Shown: in pieces, positions 36,418 to 52,036 of the stretch | How positions within the stretch are numbered: position 1 is the first letter of the stretch | How the letters are laid out: each line of letters begins with the position of its first letter | From: Rhodanobacter sp. | Lineage (GTDB): Bacteria; Pseudomonadota; Gammaproteobacteria; Xanthomonadales; Rhodanobacteraceae | Reading direction: 5' to 3' | Assembly: GCA_027307195.1 (NCBI GenBank) | Contig: DAHUXL010000080.1 | Span: forward strand, 17,466 to 81,465 | DNA length: 64,000 nt | Notes under the pieces: model-generated | Database searches by the model: none | Seen by the model: only the letters and a program-made list of their open reading frames with translations | Told to the model about the DNA's origin: nothing | Position numbers and translations under genes: made by a program

Positions 36418-37626
36418 TCACAGCTGATCGCGCAGATGCACCGGCATTTCTGATACGCCATCTGAGCGTTGCACCTGGAAGCGTACATTTTCGACGGCGG
36501 GATCGCGCAATCGGTCGCGCAGCTGCCACAGCCGCCACTGCTTCACATTCTTGCCGTCGACAGCGATCAAGCGGTCGCCCGGATGCAGGCCAGCTTCGGC
36601 GGCAGGTGAGCACGCCACCACCTCGCGCACATCAATGTCCTGCAGATCCTGGCCCGCGCTCACTAGGAACAGGCCGCTGCGATCAAAGCCCTGCGTCGGC
36701 TCATCGGCGAAGGGTTCGAGGATCATCTGCCGGTGCGCGTAGTCGAAGGTGACGCGATAGCGGGTCAGGAAGGCCGCACCCAGCAAGCCGTCATGCCAGC
36801 GGGATCGCAACGTGCCCTCGACCGATAGCCCGATCACTGGTCGATCCAGTCCGATCGACGGCGCTGCCGCCAGCGCGATATGCGTGCCACGTGCAAACGC
36901 ATAGTGCGTATCGCCACCCATACCGGCGCCAAGCCCCATGGTCACCGTGTGCGGAAACACCTGACGCAATTGATATCGATCGATGAAGGGCTCGGGCACC
37001 AGGAAAGTCGATTTCGCGCCGAGATCGAGCGCGGCGTGCGCCGCGATGTGCCGTCCATCCGGCAGCGTCAAGCTCACCTCGGCCATCGGCACGCCATACT
37101 TGAAGGTGATCGGAATCCGCGTGCCGTTGCCGGCATAGCGCCAGGTAGCCGGATCATGCAGCGTGATGCGTCGCTGCTCGACATCAATCGTGACGACATG
37201 CTCAATGAAAAACTGCGAGCCGATGATGCCGTCGACCCTGCGCCCACTGGTGGCAGCGAGCAGTGCGTCATAGGGCGAAACATTCACGCTGGCAACGTTG
37301 AGCACGGCAGCACCGACATGCAGGGACAACGGGCCGGTCGAGCCGACGCGCGTCGTTCCGGCACCGGCGCCAGTCGTCATGCCAGCTTCGTTGACAGCGA
37401 ATCCGCGTTTGCGGGCAAGTGCATCATCGATACCTGTCGGCACCGCGCCGGTATCGAGAATGAACGTGTACGACGCTGGATCGCTGCCTATCGTCACCGG
37501 CACATAGAGGCGCGCATCGGTATAGTCGAGCGGTAGCGTGATGGTATCCGCCGCCGACATACCGGCATGCGCGTGACCGGCGAACAGGCACAAAACAAAC
37601 ACTAGCGAACCGGCAAGACTCCGCAT
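36418..37626 (-). CDS. Secreted aspartyl protease (two retropepsin-like domains) with C-terminal PDZ
   Basis: ILDTGA and ALDLGA motifs, SPAAEAGLHPGDRLIAVDG PDZ; signal peptide from MRSLAG. Confidence 0.82.
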   Translation of the reverse strand: MRSLAGSLVFVLCLFAGHAHAGMSAADTITLPLDYTDARLYVPVTIGSDPASYTFILDTGAVPTGIDDALARKRGFAVNEAGMTTGAGAGTTRVGSTGPLSLHVGAAVLNVASVNVSPYDALLAATSGRRVDGIIGSQFFIEHVVTIDVEQRRITLHDPATWRYAGNGTRIPITFKYGVPMAEVSLTLPDGRHIAAHAALDLGAKSTFLVPEPFIDRYQLRQVFPHTVTMGLGAGMGGDTHYAFARGTHIALAAAPSIGLDRPVIGLSVEGTLRSRWHDGLLGAAFLTRYRVTFDYAHRQMILEPFADEPTQGFDRSGLFLVSAGQDLQDIDVREVVACSPAAEAGLHPGDRLIAVDGKNVKQWRLWQLRDRLRDPAVENVRFQVQRSDGVSEMPVHLRDQL

Positions 37627-37701
37627 GCTGTTGCCTCCACTTGCCGCATGTTCACGGCACAACCGGCATTCTGCACCTGTGCAAACGCACATCGTGCACC
37701 G

Positions 37702-38949
37702 TTACATCAGCAGCTTGCGCACCTTGAGCAAGGCGACGATGAACGCGTCGATCTCCTCGCGCGTGTTGTAGAACGCCAGCGAGGCGCGCAGCGTGGCTGG
37801 CACGCCATAGAACTGCATCAAGGGATGCGCGCAATGGTGACCGGAGCGCACGGCGATGCCCTGCAGGTCGAGCAGGGTGGCCATGTCGGTGGCCTGTGCA
37901 CCCTCCAGCAGGAACGAGATCACCGGCTCCTTCTCCTTCGCTTCGCCAATGATGCGCAGGCCGGGAATCTCGCGCAGGCGCTCGGTGGCATAGGCGAGCA
38001 GGTTTTGCTCCCACGCGTGGATCGCCTCGAAACCCACCGATTCGTAATAGTCGATCGCCGCCGCCAGGCCGACGAAGCCGGCGATGTTCGGCGTGCCGGC
38101 CTCGAACTTGTGCGGTGGCGCGGCGAACGTGGTGCCGCTGAAACGCACCGCGCGGATCATCTCGCCGCCACCGAAGAATGGCGGCATCGCCTCCAGATGC
38201 TCACGCTTCGCCCACAGCGCACCGGTACCGGTCGGGCCGAGCATCTTGTGCCCGGTGATCGCGTAGAAATCGCAGCCCAGCGCCTGCACGTCGACCGGCC
38301 GATGCGGTACCGCCTGCGAGCCGTCGACCAGCAGCGCGATGCCTCGTTTCCTGCATTCGCGGGCGATCTCGCGCACCGGATTGACCGTGCCCAGCACGTT
38401 GGAGACATGGGTGACGCAGGCCAGCTTCACTTCCGGCGTCAGCATCTCGATGTACTTCTCCACGATCAGCTCGCCGCGCTGGTCGATCGGCGCCGCCTTG
38501 ACCGTGGCGCCGCTGCGCGCGGCGACCAGCTGCCACGGCACGATGTTCGCGTGGTGCTCCATCACCGTGGTCAGGATCGCATCGCCGGGCTGCAGCCGCG
38601 GCAACGCATAACTGTAGGCGACCAGGTTGATCGACTGGGTAGTGCCGGAGGTTAGGATCAGTTCATTGCGCGAGGTCCCGTTGATGAAACGCGCCAGCTT
38701 GTCGCGCGAGCCTTCATAGGCCGCCGTGGCTTCCTCGCCAAGCTGATGCACCGCACGCGACACGTTTGCGTTGTGCTCGCGATAGTGCGTGTTCACTGCC
38801 TCGATCACCGACATCGGCTTCTGACTGGTGTTGGCATTGTCGAGATACACCAACGGCTTGCCATGCACGCTACGTGCGAGCAGCGGGAAATCCGCGCGGA
38901 TGCGCTGGACGTCGAAGACGGTGGGCGTTACGACTTGTGGTGCGATCAT
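37702..38949 (-). CDS. sufS: Cysteine desulfurase SufS
   Basis: YLDNANTSQKP, TGHKM, RSGHHCA group-II signature. Confidence 0.95.
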   Translation of the reverse strand: MIAPQVVTPTVFDVQRIRADFPLLARSVHGKPLVYLDNANTSQKPMSVIEAVNTHYREHNANVSRAVHQLGEEATAAYEGSRDKLARFINGTSRNELILTSGTTQSINLVAYSYALPRLQPGDAILTTVMEHHANIVPWQLVAARSGATVKAAPIDQRGELIVEKYIEMLTPEVKLACVTHVSNVLGTVNPVREIARECRKRGIALLVDGSQAVPHRPVDVQALGCDFYAITGHKMLGPTGTGALWAKREHLEAMPPFFGGGEMIRAVRFSGTTFAAPPHKFEAGTPNIAGFVGLAAAIDYYESVGFEAIHAWEQNLLAYATERLREIPGLRIIGEAKEKEPVISFLLEGAQATDMATLLDLQGIAVRSGHHCAHPLMQFYGVPATLRASLAFYNTREEIDAFIVALLKVRKLLM

Positions 38950-38969
38950 CTTCGACGCTTCCTATTTGG

Positions 38970-38997
38970 CTCCCTCCCCGGCTTCCAGGGGGAGGAG
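38970..38997. repeat. Small REP-like imperfect palindrome between sufD and sufS
   Basis: CTCCCTCCCC-ggcttcca-GGGGGAGGAG. Confidence 0.35.
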
Positions 38998-39001
38998 AGA
39001 A

Positions 39002-40321
39002 TCATGCAGGCAATTGCGCGACCAGAAGCCCCGACAGATGCTCGCGCAATGCCTCGCTCGGCAGATCATCCAGTACCGCGCGGCAGAACGCGGCCGTCAG
39101 CAACGCACGTGCTTCCGCCAGCGGAATGCCACGCGAACGCAGGTAGAACAGCGAGCGCTCGTCGAGCTGGCCGACGGTGGCGCCGTGCGCGGCCTTCACC
39201 TCGTCGGCATAGATTTCAAGCTCCGGCTTGGTGTCGATCTCGGCGCCGGGCGACAGCAGCAGGTTCTTGTTGCTGAGGCTGGCATCACTGCCGTCGGCAC
39301 CGGGCGCCACCACGATCGCGCCGCGGAACACACCACGCGCGCGATCATTCGCCACTCCGCGCCAAGTCGACGTGGACGTGGTGTTCAGCGCCTGATGGCG
39401 GATCGCCAGCTGCGTGTCGATATGCTGGCGCCCGTGCGGCATGAACAAGCCGCGCGTATCGAAGCGTGCGCCGTCGCCAACCAGTTCGGCGCGAAGATCG
39501 TGACGCACCAGTGCGCCACCGAGCTCCAGCACATGCAGCGTCGCGTGGGCACGTGCGTGCAGGCGCACACTGCTGCGGCGAATCAGGCTGGTGGCAACCG
39601 CGACGTTCTGCAGCACGGTGTGCTGCAACCGCGCGCCTTCGCGCAGTTCGATGTCGCTCACCACGGTGGCCAGCTGCGCCGGCGCGGCGTCGGAAACGTG
39701 CTGCTCGATCAGGTTCAGCTCGGCGCCTTCGCCCAGCTCGATCACGTTGCGCAGGTGCCAGGCGAGTTCGACATCGGCCGCCGCGCCGACAAACACCAGT
39801 TGTACCGGCGCTGCGAGCTTCATGCCGGCGGCAACACGCAGCATCACGCCGTCGACGGCACTGGCCGCGTTGATCCGGGTAAACGCGTCGCCCGCTTCGC
39901 GGGCATCATCGATCAAGGCCGGTCGCGACAGCACGAAGCGCAATGGCTCGGCGTCATCGTGCAACGCCTGCGACAACGGCTGCAGGGTCAATCCGGCCGG
40001 CAGCACATCAAGTGCCGACAGGTCGGCCCGGAACACGCCGTTGACGAAGACCAGTCGCGGCCCATCGACACCGGGCAACGCGAACGTCGACGCAGCTATC
40101 GCGCGCGATGCCGCAGCAGCATCGCCACGGGCAAAGTGGCGCTGGCCAAGTGCGCGCAATGCGGTGTATTTCCACGCTTCCACCCGCGTATCGGGCAGGC
40201 CGGCGGCGGCAAACGCCGCGCGGCTCTCATGCCGCGCCGCATCCAGCCACGCAATGCCGCTGGCCGGCAGCGGCACATCGAGCAGAGACTCGACCAACGG
40301 CAGTGGTGCCGGCTGGCTCAT
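39002..40321 (-). CDS. sufD: Fe-S cluster assembly protein SufD
   Basis: EAWKYT, KPELEIYADEVKAAHGATVG, FYLRSRGI. Confidence 0.95.
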   Translation of the reverse strand: MSQPAPLPLVESLLDVPLPASGIAWLDAARHESRAAFAAAGLPDTRVEAWKYTALRALGQRHFARGDAAAASRAIAASTFALPGVDGPRLVFVNGVFRADLSALDVLPAGLTLQPLSQALHDDAEPLRFVLSRPALIDDAREAGDAFTRINAASAVDGVMLRVAAGMKLAAPVQLVFVGAAADVELAWHLRNVIELGEGAELNLIEQHVSDAAPAQLATVVSDIELREGARLQHTVLQNVAVATSLIRRSSVRLHARAHATLHVLELGGALVRHDLRAELVGDGARFDTRGLFMPHGRQHIDTQLAIRHQALNTTSTSTWRGVANDRARGVFRGAIVVAPGADGSDASLSNKNLLLSPGAEIDTKPELEIYADEVKAAHGATVGQLDERSLFYLRSRGIPLAEARALLTAAFCRAVLDDLPSEALREHLSGLLVAQLPA

Positions 40322-41076
40322 GCCGCAACTCCCTCGCCGAGGCCGGCATAGCCGTGCTCTTCCAGCTTCAAGGCCAGCGACTTGTCGCCGCTCTCGACGA
40401 TGCGGCCATCGGCCAGCACGTGCACGAAATCCGGCACCACGTAATCGAGCAGGCGCTGGTAGTGGGTGATCATCAGGAACGCGCGCTCGGGCGAGCGCAG
40501 TGCATTGACGCCATCGGCGACATGCTTGAGCGCGTCGATGTCCAGCCCCGAATCGGTCTCGTCGAGGATCGCCAGCTGCGGCTCCAGCACCGCCATCTGG
40601 AAGATTTCGTTGCGCTTCTTCTCGCCACCGGAGAAGCCTTCGTTGACTGCGCGGTGCAGCAGCTCGTCGGAGATCTGCATCACCTTCAGCTTCTCGCGCA
40701 CCAGCTTGAGGAACTGCATCGAATCGAATTCCTTTTCGCCACGCGCCTTGCGCTGCGCATTGAAGGCCGCGCGCAGGAAGTAGGTGTTGTTGACGCCGGG
40801 AATCTCCACCGGATACTGGAACGCCAGGAACACGCCGGCGGCGGCGCGCGCTTCCGGCTCCAGTGCCAGCAGGTCGATGCCGTTGTAGGTCACCGTGCCG
40901 GCGGTCACTTCATAACCGTCGCGACCGGACAGCACGTTGCCCAGTGTCGACTTGCCGGCCCCGTTCGGCCCCATGATCGCGTGCACTTCGCCCGCGTTCA
41001 CGCTGAGGCTGAGCCCCTTGAGGATTTCCTTGCCCTCGACGCGGGCGTGCAGGTTTTCGATTTTCAGCATGTTCAT
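40318..41076 (-). CDS. sufC: Fe-S cluster assembly ATPase SufC
   Basis: MGPNGAGKST, FQYPVEIPGV, GFSGGEKKRNE, ILDETDSGLD. Confidence 0.96.
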   Translation of the reverse strand: MNMLKIENLHARVEGKEILKGLSLSVNAGEVHAIMGPNGAGKSTLGNVLSGRDGYEVTAGTVTYNGIDLLALEPEARAAAGVFLAFQYPVEIPGVNNTYFLRAAFNAQRKARGEKEFDSMQFLKLVREKLKVMQISDELLHRAVNEGFSGGEKKRNEIFQMAVLEPQLAILDETDSGLDIDALKHVADGVNALRSPERAFLMITHYQRLLDYVVPDFVHVLADGRIVESGDKSLALKLEEHGYAGLGEGVAA

Positions 41077-41575
41077 TTCTTCGATTCCACCGCCAACGTG
41101 CACGGCCCGTTGCCTACCAGAGATTTGTAGCCCTCGATGACACTGGATTTGCTTGCTGCATTCAAATCACACGTGGCAACGATGGGGACGCTCAATACTT
41201 CGCCGAACAAGGTGGGATCCGACAGCCAGCCGGCCCGAAAGGACTGGCCATCCGTCGACAGCCGCAGTCCCCACGGCACGGTGTTTTGGGTGACGGTCAG
41301 CACCGGTACGTGGGCGCTCCAGGCGAACCGGCGAATCGGCCCCACCGTGAAATGCCCTTGCGCATCGGTGACGACTTCCTGTTTCCTTGCGGTGGACGCC
41401 ATCTGGCCGGATTCATCCATCACATCGGCCAGTTGGATGCGCGCACCCGCCACCGGCTGGCCTGCCTTGACGACCGTGCCGGTAATCCGCGGTGCGGTCA
41501 GGTAGTGATGCGGCCACGGCACGCAGCCGGCGAGCCCTGCGAACATGACGCACATGCACAGTCGATGGGACGTCC

Positions 41576-41579
<4 letters not shown>
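41073..41579 (-). CDS. Hypothetical 168-aa lipoprotein inserted between sufB and sufC
   Basis: Tail of track ORF 41073-42869; [19 protein letters not shown] lipobox; ATGA overlaps with both sufB stop and sufC start. Confidence 0.75.
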
Positions 41580-43050
<1,471 letters not shown>

Positions 43051-43054
<4 letters not shown>

Positions 43055-43539
43055 TCGGTGGTGGCCTCGCCGGTTTTCACGGTGACCGCAATCTTTCGGC
43101 CCTGACTCGATGCGGCCTGACTCAATGAGGTTTGCGGCAACGGCTTGAGCATGTCGGCCAGGCTGACCGCGCGCAGAGTCTGATCCAGCACGCTGTTGAT
43201 CCGCTGCCAGCTGCCGCGCACACCGCACTGCGATTCGCGATCGCACTGGCCTTCGCCTGCGCTGCACTCGGTCATGCCGATCGGGCCTTCCAGCGCCTCG
43301 ACGATCTCGGCCAGCGAAATCTCGCTGGCCGGCTTGGCGAGCCGGTATCCGCCGTTGACGCCGCGGAACGACTCGACCAGCGCAGCGTGCCCAAGCGCCT
43401 TCAGCAGCTTGCTCACCGTCGGCAATTCCAGGCGCGTCTCATCGGCGATCTGCACCGTACTGAGCACGTCATCCGGATGTGCGGCGATGCAGGTCATCAC
43501 CACGGTGGCGTAATCGGTGAGTCGGCTGACGCGAAGCAT
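43051..43539 (-). CDS. Rrf2-family SUF system transcriptional regulator
   Basis: [25 protein letters not shown]...C...C three-Cys motif; heads the suf operon. Confidence 0.92.
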
Positions 43540-43565
43540 GAATGCGCTCGGGCCTGGGCGGCTTG

Positions 43566-43607
43566 AATCGGTACTAAAATGGTACTGATTTGATGCGGCG
43601 CGGTCAA
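43566..43607 (-). promoter_or_regulatory. sigma70 promoter of suf with overlapping candidate Rrf2 operator
   Basis: Minus strand TTGACC-17nt-TACCAT; inverted repeat AATCGGTAC-N7-GTACTGATT (43566-43590) covers the -10. Confidence 0.65.
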
Positions 43608-43617
43608 TCCGGCCATA

Positions 43618-43666
43618 TGCACCATGATGGTGCATTACCCATTATTGATTGCCCGTAAACCGTGCA
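43618..43666. promoter_or_regulatory. Two NtrC enhancer sites
   Basis: Perfect TGCACCA-N3-TGGTGCA at 43618-43634 and weaker TGCCCGT-N3-CCGTGCA at 43650-43666, 32 bp apart. Confidence 0.85.
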
Positions 43667-43727
43667 CTCAATAGCCGCTGATGTGGCACCTGTCGGCAAA
43701 AGTCCCGCCAAGCCTTGCGTTGCGGCG

Positions 43728-43744
43728 CTGGCATGCATCGTGCT
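43728..43744 (+). promoter_or_regulatory. sigma54 -24/-12 promoter of glnK-amtB
   Basis: CTGGCATGCATCGTGCT with GG-N10-GC spacing, about 100 bp downstream of the main NtrC site. Confidence 0.75.
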
Positions 43745-43756
43745 GCATCGCAATAA

Positions 43757-45431
<1,675 letters not shown>

Positions 45432-45505
45432 TGAGTACGCCAATCGACGGTGCGTTCGGCGCGTGCAGGCTCTAAGCTGTTCGTGTTTATCCAGCGACTT
45501 ACTTC

Positions 45506-47220
<1,715 letters not shown>

Positions 47221-47246
47221 CGCGGGCGCACCACACACCCACCAAC

Positions 47247-47273
47247 GAAAACGGCCCGGTACAAACCGGGCCG
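47247..47273 (-). terminator. Intrinsic terminator downstream of secF
   Basis: CGGCCCGGT-acaa-ACCGGGCCG followed by TTTTC on the minus strand. Confidence 0.7.
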
Positions 47274-47290
47274 CCAAGTTTCGTGAGCTA

Positions 47291-47332
47291 CCCCTCTGCC
47301 CTTCGGGCCTCTCCCTGCAGGCAGGAGAGAGA
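47291..47332. repeat. Degenerate REP-like double hairpin
   Basis: GCCC-TTCG-GGC followed by CTCTCCCTGC-ag-GCAGGAGAG. Confidence 0.4.
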
Positions 47333-47367
47333 GCATCAGAATCGCCCGCTTTGCGGGCGATGGTTAC

Positions 47368-48330
47368 TCAGGGACGCCGAGCCAGTTCCGGGTTTTCCTT
47401 GGTCACCGGCATCAGGTCCTTCTTCGATACACCCAGCCACAGCAGGATCGGGCTGGCGACGAAGATCGACGACAGCGTGCCGACCACGATGCCGATCAGC
47501 ATCGTCACGGCGAAACCGTGCACGGCAGGACCGCCGAAGAAATACAGCGCACCCATCGTGATCGCCGTGAACAGCGAGGTGATGATGGTTCGCGACAGCG
47601 TGTTGTTGATCGAGCGGTTGAGGATCTCCTCCGGCTCGGCCTTGCGCGCCAAACGGAACAGCTCGCGGATACGATCGAACACCACCACCTTGTCGTTGAT
47701 CGAGTAACCGATCACGGCCAGCACCGAGGCCAGCACGGTCATGTCGAACTCGCGCTGGACCAAGGCCAAGATGCCCAGCGTCACCAGCACGTCATGCACT
47801 TCCGTGGCCACCGCGGCGATCGCGAAACGTCGTTCGAAGCGGATCCAAAGGTAGGCCATGATGCCGAGGATCACGAACACTGCGGCCACGGTGCCATCAC
47901 TGCGCAACTCCGCGCCGACTTCCGCAGTAACCAGTTCACGGTTCTTCAATTTGGCGTCCGGACGCGAAACGTGCAGCGCCTTGAGAACGTCGGCAGCGAT
48001 CAGATCGAGGTTGACTTTGCCATTCGCGTCGACCGCCTTCTGGTCGTCCTTCGGCTGCATGCGGATCGACACCTCACGGGTTCCGCCCAGACTTTGCACC
48101 AGGGCATGCTCGAAACCACCCTTTTCCAGCGTCGCACGTACGTCAGCGATTTCCACCGACTGATCGTAGTCGACCACCATCGAGACGCCACCGGTGAAGT
48201 CCAGCGCGTAATTGAGGCCTTTCGTCGCGATCAGCCCGATTGAGGCAACCATCAGGAACAACGCGATGGCGATGCTGTACTTGCGCATGCCAAGGAACGG
48301 GATGTTGCTGTCGTGATTGAAAATTTCCAT
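47368..48330 (-). CDS. secF: Protein translocase subunit SecF
   Basis: ALDFTGG, GYSINDKVVVFDRIRE, TLSRTIIT. Confidence 0.96.
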   Translation of the reverse strand: MEIFNHDSNIPFLGMRKYSIAIALFLMVASIGLIATKGLNYALDFTGGVSMVVDYDQSVEIADVRATLEKGGFEHALVQSLGGTREVSIRMQPKDDQKAVDANGKVNLDLIAADVLKALHVSRPDAKLKNRELVTAEVGAELRSDGTVAAVFVILGIMAYLWIRFERRFAIAAVATEVHDVLVTLGILALVQREFDMTVLASVLAVIGYSINDKVVVFDRIRELFRLARKAEPEEILNRSINNTLSRTIITSLFTAITMGALYFFGGPAVHGFAVTMLIGIVVGTLSSIFVASPILLWLGVSKKDLMPVTKENPELARRP

Positions 48331-48339
48331 GGTGGTTCC

Positions 48340-50223
48340 TTAGACCGACAGCGTCTTGAGCTTGCGGTGGCCGTGGATCAGCGCGGTGAACGCGTGAGTC
48401 AGCGTCACCGAGGTGAACAGCGAGGTCAGGATGCCGATCATCAGCGTCACGCCGAAGCCCTTGATCGCGCCGGTACCCATCGTGGTCAGCGCCAGTGCGG
48501 CGATCAGATGGGTGACATTGGCGTCCAGAATGGTCGACCAGGCTTTCTCGTAACCGGCGCGGATCGCCGCATGCGGCGTCGAGCCGTTGCGCAGTTCCTC
48601 ACGCACGCGTTCGCAGATCAGCACGTTCGCATCGATCGCCATGCCGAGGGTCAGCACGATACCGGCAACGCCCGGCATGGTCAGGGTGACGCCGATCAGC
48701 GACATCACCGCCAGCAGGATCACCAAGTTGAAGAACAGCGCAATATCCGCGACCAGACCGAACAGTTTGTAGTAGATCGCCGCCGCCAGCAGCACCAGCG
48801 CCAGACCCAGCATCACCGCCTTGAAGCCCTTGTCGATGTTGTCCTGACCGAGGCTGGCGCCAATCACGCCTTCCTCGACGATATCCATCGGTGCGGCCAG
48901 CGCGCCGCCCTTGAGCAGCAGGGCGAGGTCAGAAGCTTCCTTCGGGCTGCCCAGACCGGTGGTCTGGAACTGCTTGCTGAAGGGGCTGGCGATCGAGGCG
49001 TCGTTGATCACCGTCTCGGTAACCTTCGGCACGCGTACCTCCTTGCCGTCGACGACCTTGGTCTCGTAGACCTGCTCCACATACACCACCGCCATCGGCT
49101 TGCCGACGTTGGCGTTGGTGAAATCGCCCATCTTCTTGGCGCCGGCCGCGTTCAGGGTGACGTCGACCTTCGGCGTGCCGCTCTGCTGGTCGATGCCCGA
49201 CGAGGCGTCCACCAGCTGGTTGCCGGTCACGATGATCTGCTTGCTCACCAGCACCGGCAGATTGCTGCCGCGCATGCGATAGAGGTTGGCGTCCGGCGGG
49301 ATGTTGCCGGTCCGCGCCGCTTCCTGTGCCTGCGCATCGCCGGCCTGGCCGATACCGGGGCGGTATTGCAGCGTGGCTACTGCACCGATCAGCTTCTTCG
49401 CCTCGGTCGGATCCTGCACGCCAGCCAGCTCAACCACGATGCGGCTGTCGCCCTGCTGCTGGATCAGCGGCTCGGATACGCCCAGCGCATTGATGCGGTT
49501 GCGCAGCGTGCCCAGGTTCTGGGTGATCGCACTGCGTGACAGATCACGCAACTTCTCCGGCTTGATCACCACATTCAGTACGTAGCGATCGCCGGTGTTG
49601 GCGCCGTTCGCCACGTTGAGGTCGGTGTATTCGTTGGCGATCGCGTCGGCGGCCGTGGAACGATCCTCGGCCGAACGCAAGATCACCGCGATGCCCTGCT
49701 CACGCACGGTATTGCGGGTCACCGACTCATAGCGGATGTTCTTCTGTCGCAGCAAGGTGCGGATATCGTCGGCGTAGCTGTTTTCCTGCTTGTCGATCGC
49801 ATCGTTCTGATCGACCTGCATCAGGAAGTGCACGCCGCCCTGCAGATCAAGGCCCAGCGGCATCGAACGCGCACCGATCGCGCGCAGCCAGCCGGGCACA
49901 TTCGACTGCAGCTTGAACGCCACCGTGTAGCCGTCGCCCAGTGCCGCCTTGATGGCATCGGCGCCGCTCTTCTGCACGTCCGAATTGATGAAGGTGGCAA
50001 GCAGATGATCGCCGTCCACCACCACATCAGTGACTGCGATCTTCTTGCCGGTCAGCGCGGCCTGCACCTTCTGCTGCAGGGACTGATCGATCGGCGGTGC
50101 ATCGCGGTTGGCGGTGACCTGCACCGCCGGCAACGGGACAAATGCATTCGGCAACGCGTAGATGACGCCGAACAGCATCACCAGCGCGACCAGCGCGTAC
50201 TTCCAGCGGGGAAAATCACTCAT
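48340..50223 (-). CDS. secD: Protein translocase subunit SecD
   Basis: LGLDLQGGVHF, RINALGVSEP, GMAIDANVLICERVREE. Confidence 0.96.
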   Translation of the reverse strand: MSDFPRWKYALVALVMLFGVIYALPNAFVPLPAVQVTANRDAPPIDQSLQQKVQAALTGKKIAVTDVVVDGDHLLATFINSDVQKSGADAIKAALGDGYTVAFKLQSNVPGWLRAIGARSMPLGLDLQGGVHFLMQVDQNDAIDKQENSYADDIRTLLRQKNIRYESVTRNTVREQGIAVILRSAEDRSTAADAIANEYTDLNVANGANTGDRYVLNVVIKPEKLRDLSRSAITQNLGTLRNRINALGVSEPLIQQQGDSRIVVELAGVQDPTEAKKLIGAVATLQYRPGIGQAGDAQAQEAARTGNIPPDANLYRMRGSNLPVLVSKQIIVTGNQLVDASSGIDQQSGTPKVDVTLNAAGAKKMGDFTNANVGKPMAVVYVEQVYETKVVDGKEVRVPKVTETVINDASIASPFSKQFQTTGLGSPKEASDLALLLKGGALAAPMDIVEEGVIGASLGQDNIDKGFKAVMLGLALVLLAAAIYYKLFGLVADIALFFNLVILLAVMSLIGVTLTMPGVAGIVLTLGMAIDANVLICERVREELRNGSTPHAAIRAGYEKAWSTILDANVTHLIAALALTTMGTGAIKGFGVTLMIGILTSLFTSVTLTHAFTALIHGHRKLKTLSV

Positions 50224-50326
50224 GCCCTGAATCCATCAAGGCCGCGGCAACGGCCCGCGGCGGTAGCAACAAACGAGGAATAATCGCGTGACAGGCAGCC
50301 GCCGGGCGGCGCCTCGAAGCCGTCGA

Positions 50327-50659
50327 TCAGACGGACTTCAGCGAGCCCTTGGGCAGCACTTGCTGGACCGCGCCCTTCTGCACCTTGACCTTCACGTTGG
50401 CCGCGATCTCGACGGTGATGAAGGTCTCGCCCACTTCTTCCACCCGTCCGGCGATGCCGCCGTTGGTGACCACTTCGTCGCCCTTGGCCAGGCCGGAGAT
50501 CAGCGCACGGTGCTCTTTCTGGCGCTTCATCTGCGGACGAATCATCATGAAATACATCAGGCCGAACAGCACCACCATCATGATGATCATGGACATGCCG
50601 CCACCGGCGGGCTGCGCTGCAGCGGCCTGGGCGATCACGGGGGAGATCGGAAAACTCAT
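50327..50659 (-). CDS. yajC: Preprotein translocase subunit YajC
   Basis: IRPQMKRQKEH, KGDEVVTNGG. Confidence 0.95.
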   Translation of the reverse strand: MSFPISPVIAQAAAAQPAGGGMSMIIMMVVLFGLMYFMMIRPQMKRQKEHRALISGLAKGDEVVTNGGIAGRVEEVGETFITVEIAANVKVKVQKGAVQQVLPKGSLKSV

Positions 50660-50867
50660 CGGTTTGTCTCGCAAGTTATGGCGCAGCCAAGGATTTCAGC
50701 TGAACGCCTGATAAAAGATCGTTGATTATGCCATGCACCCCCAAGCCGTGCACGGCACCGCATGGCCCCGCTGACCGGGCAGCAGATCACTACTGAGGGC
50801 TGTGGTTGCCGGTTGCAAGCCCGACTGCGATATGGTGCCGAATGCGGCGGCGGCCGCACCGTGCGCG

Positions 50868-52019
<1,152 letters not shown>

Positions 52020-52036
52020 TTAACCGCTGCCACCGC

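Noticed and set aside
43684-43698. TGGCAC...GGCA as a sigma54 promoter
   Set aside because: GG-to-GC spacing is 9 rather than 10; the 43728-43744 element fits better
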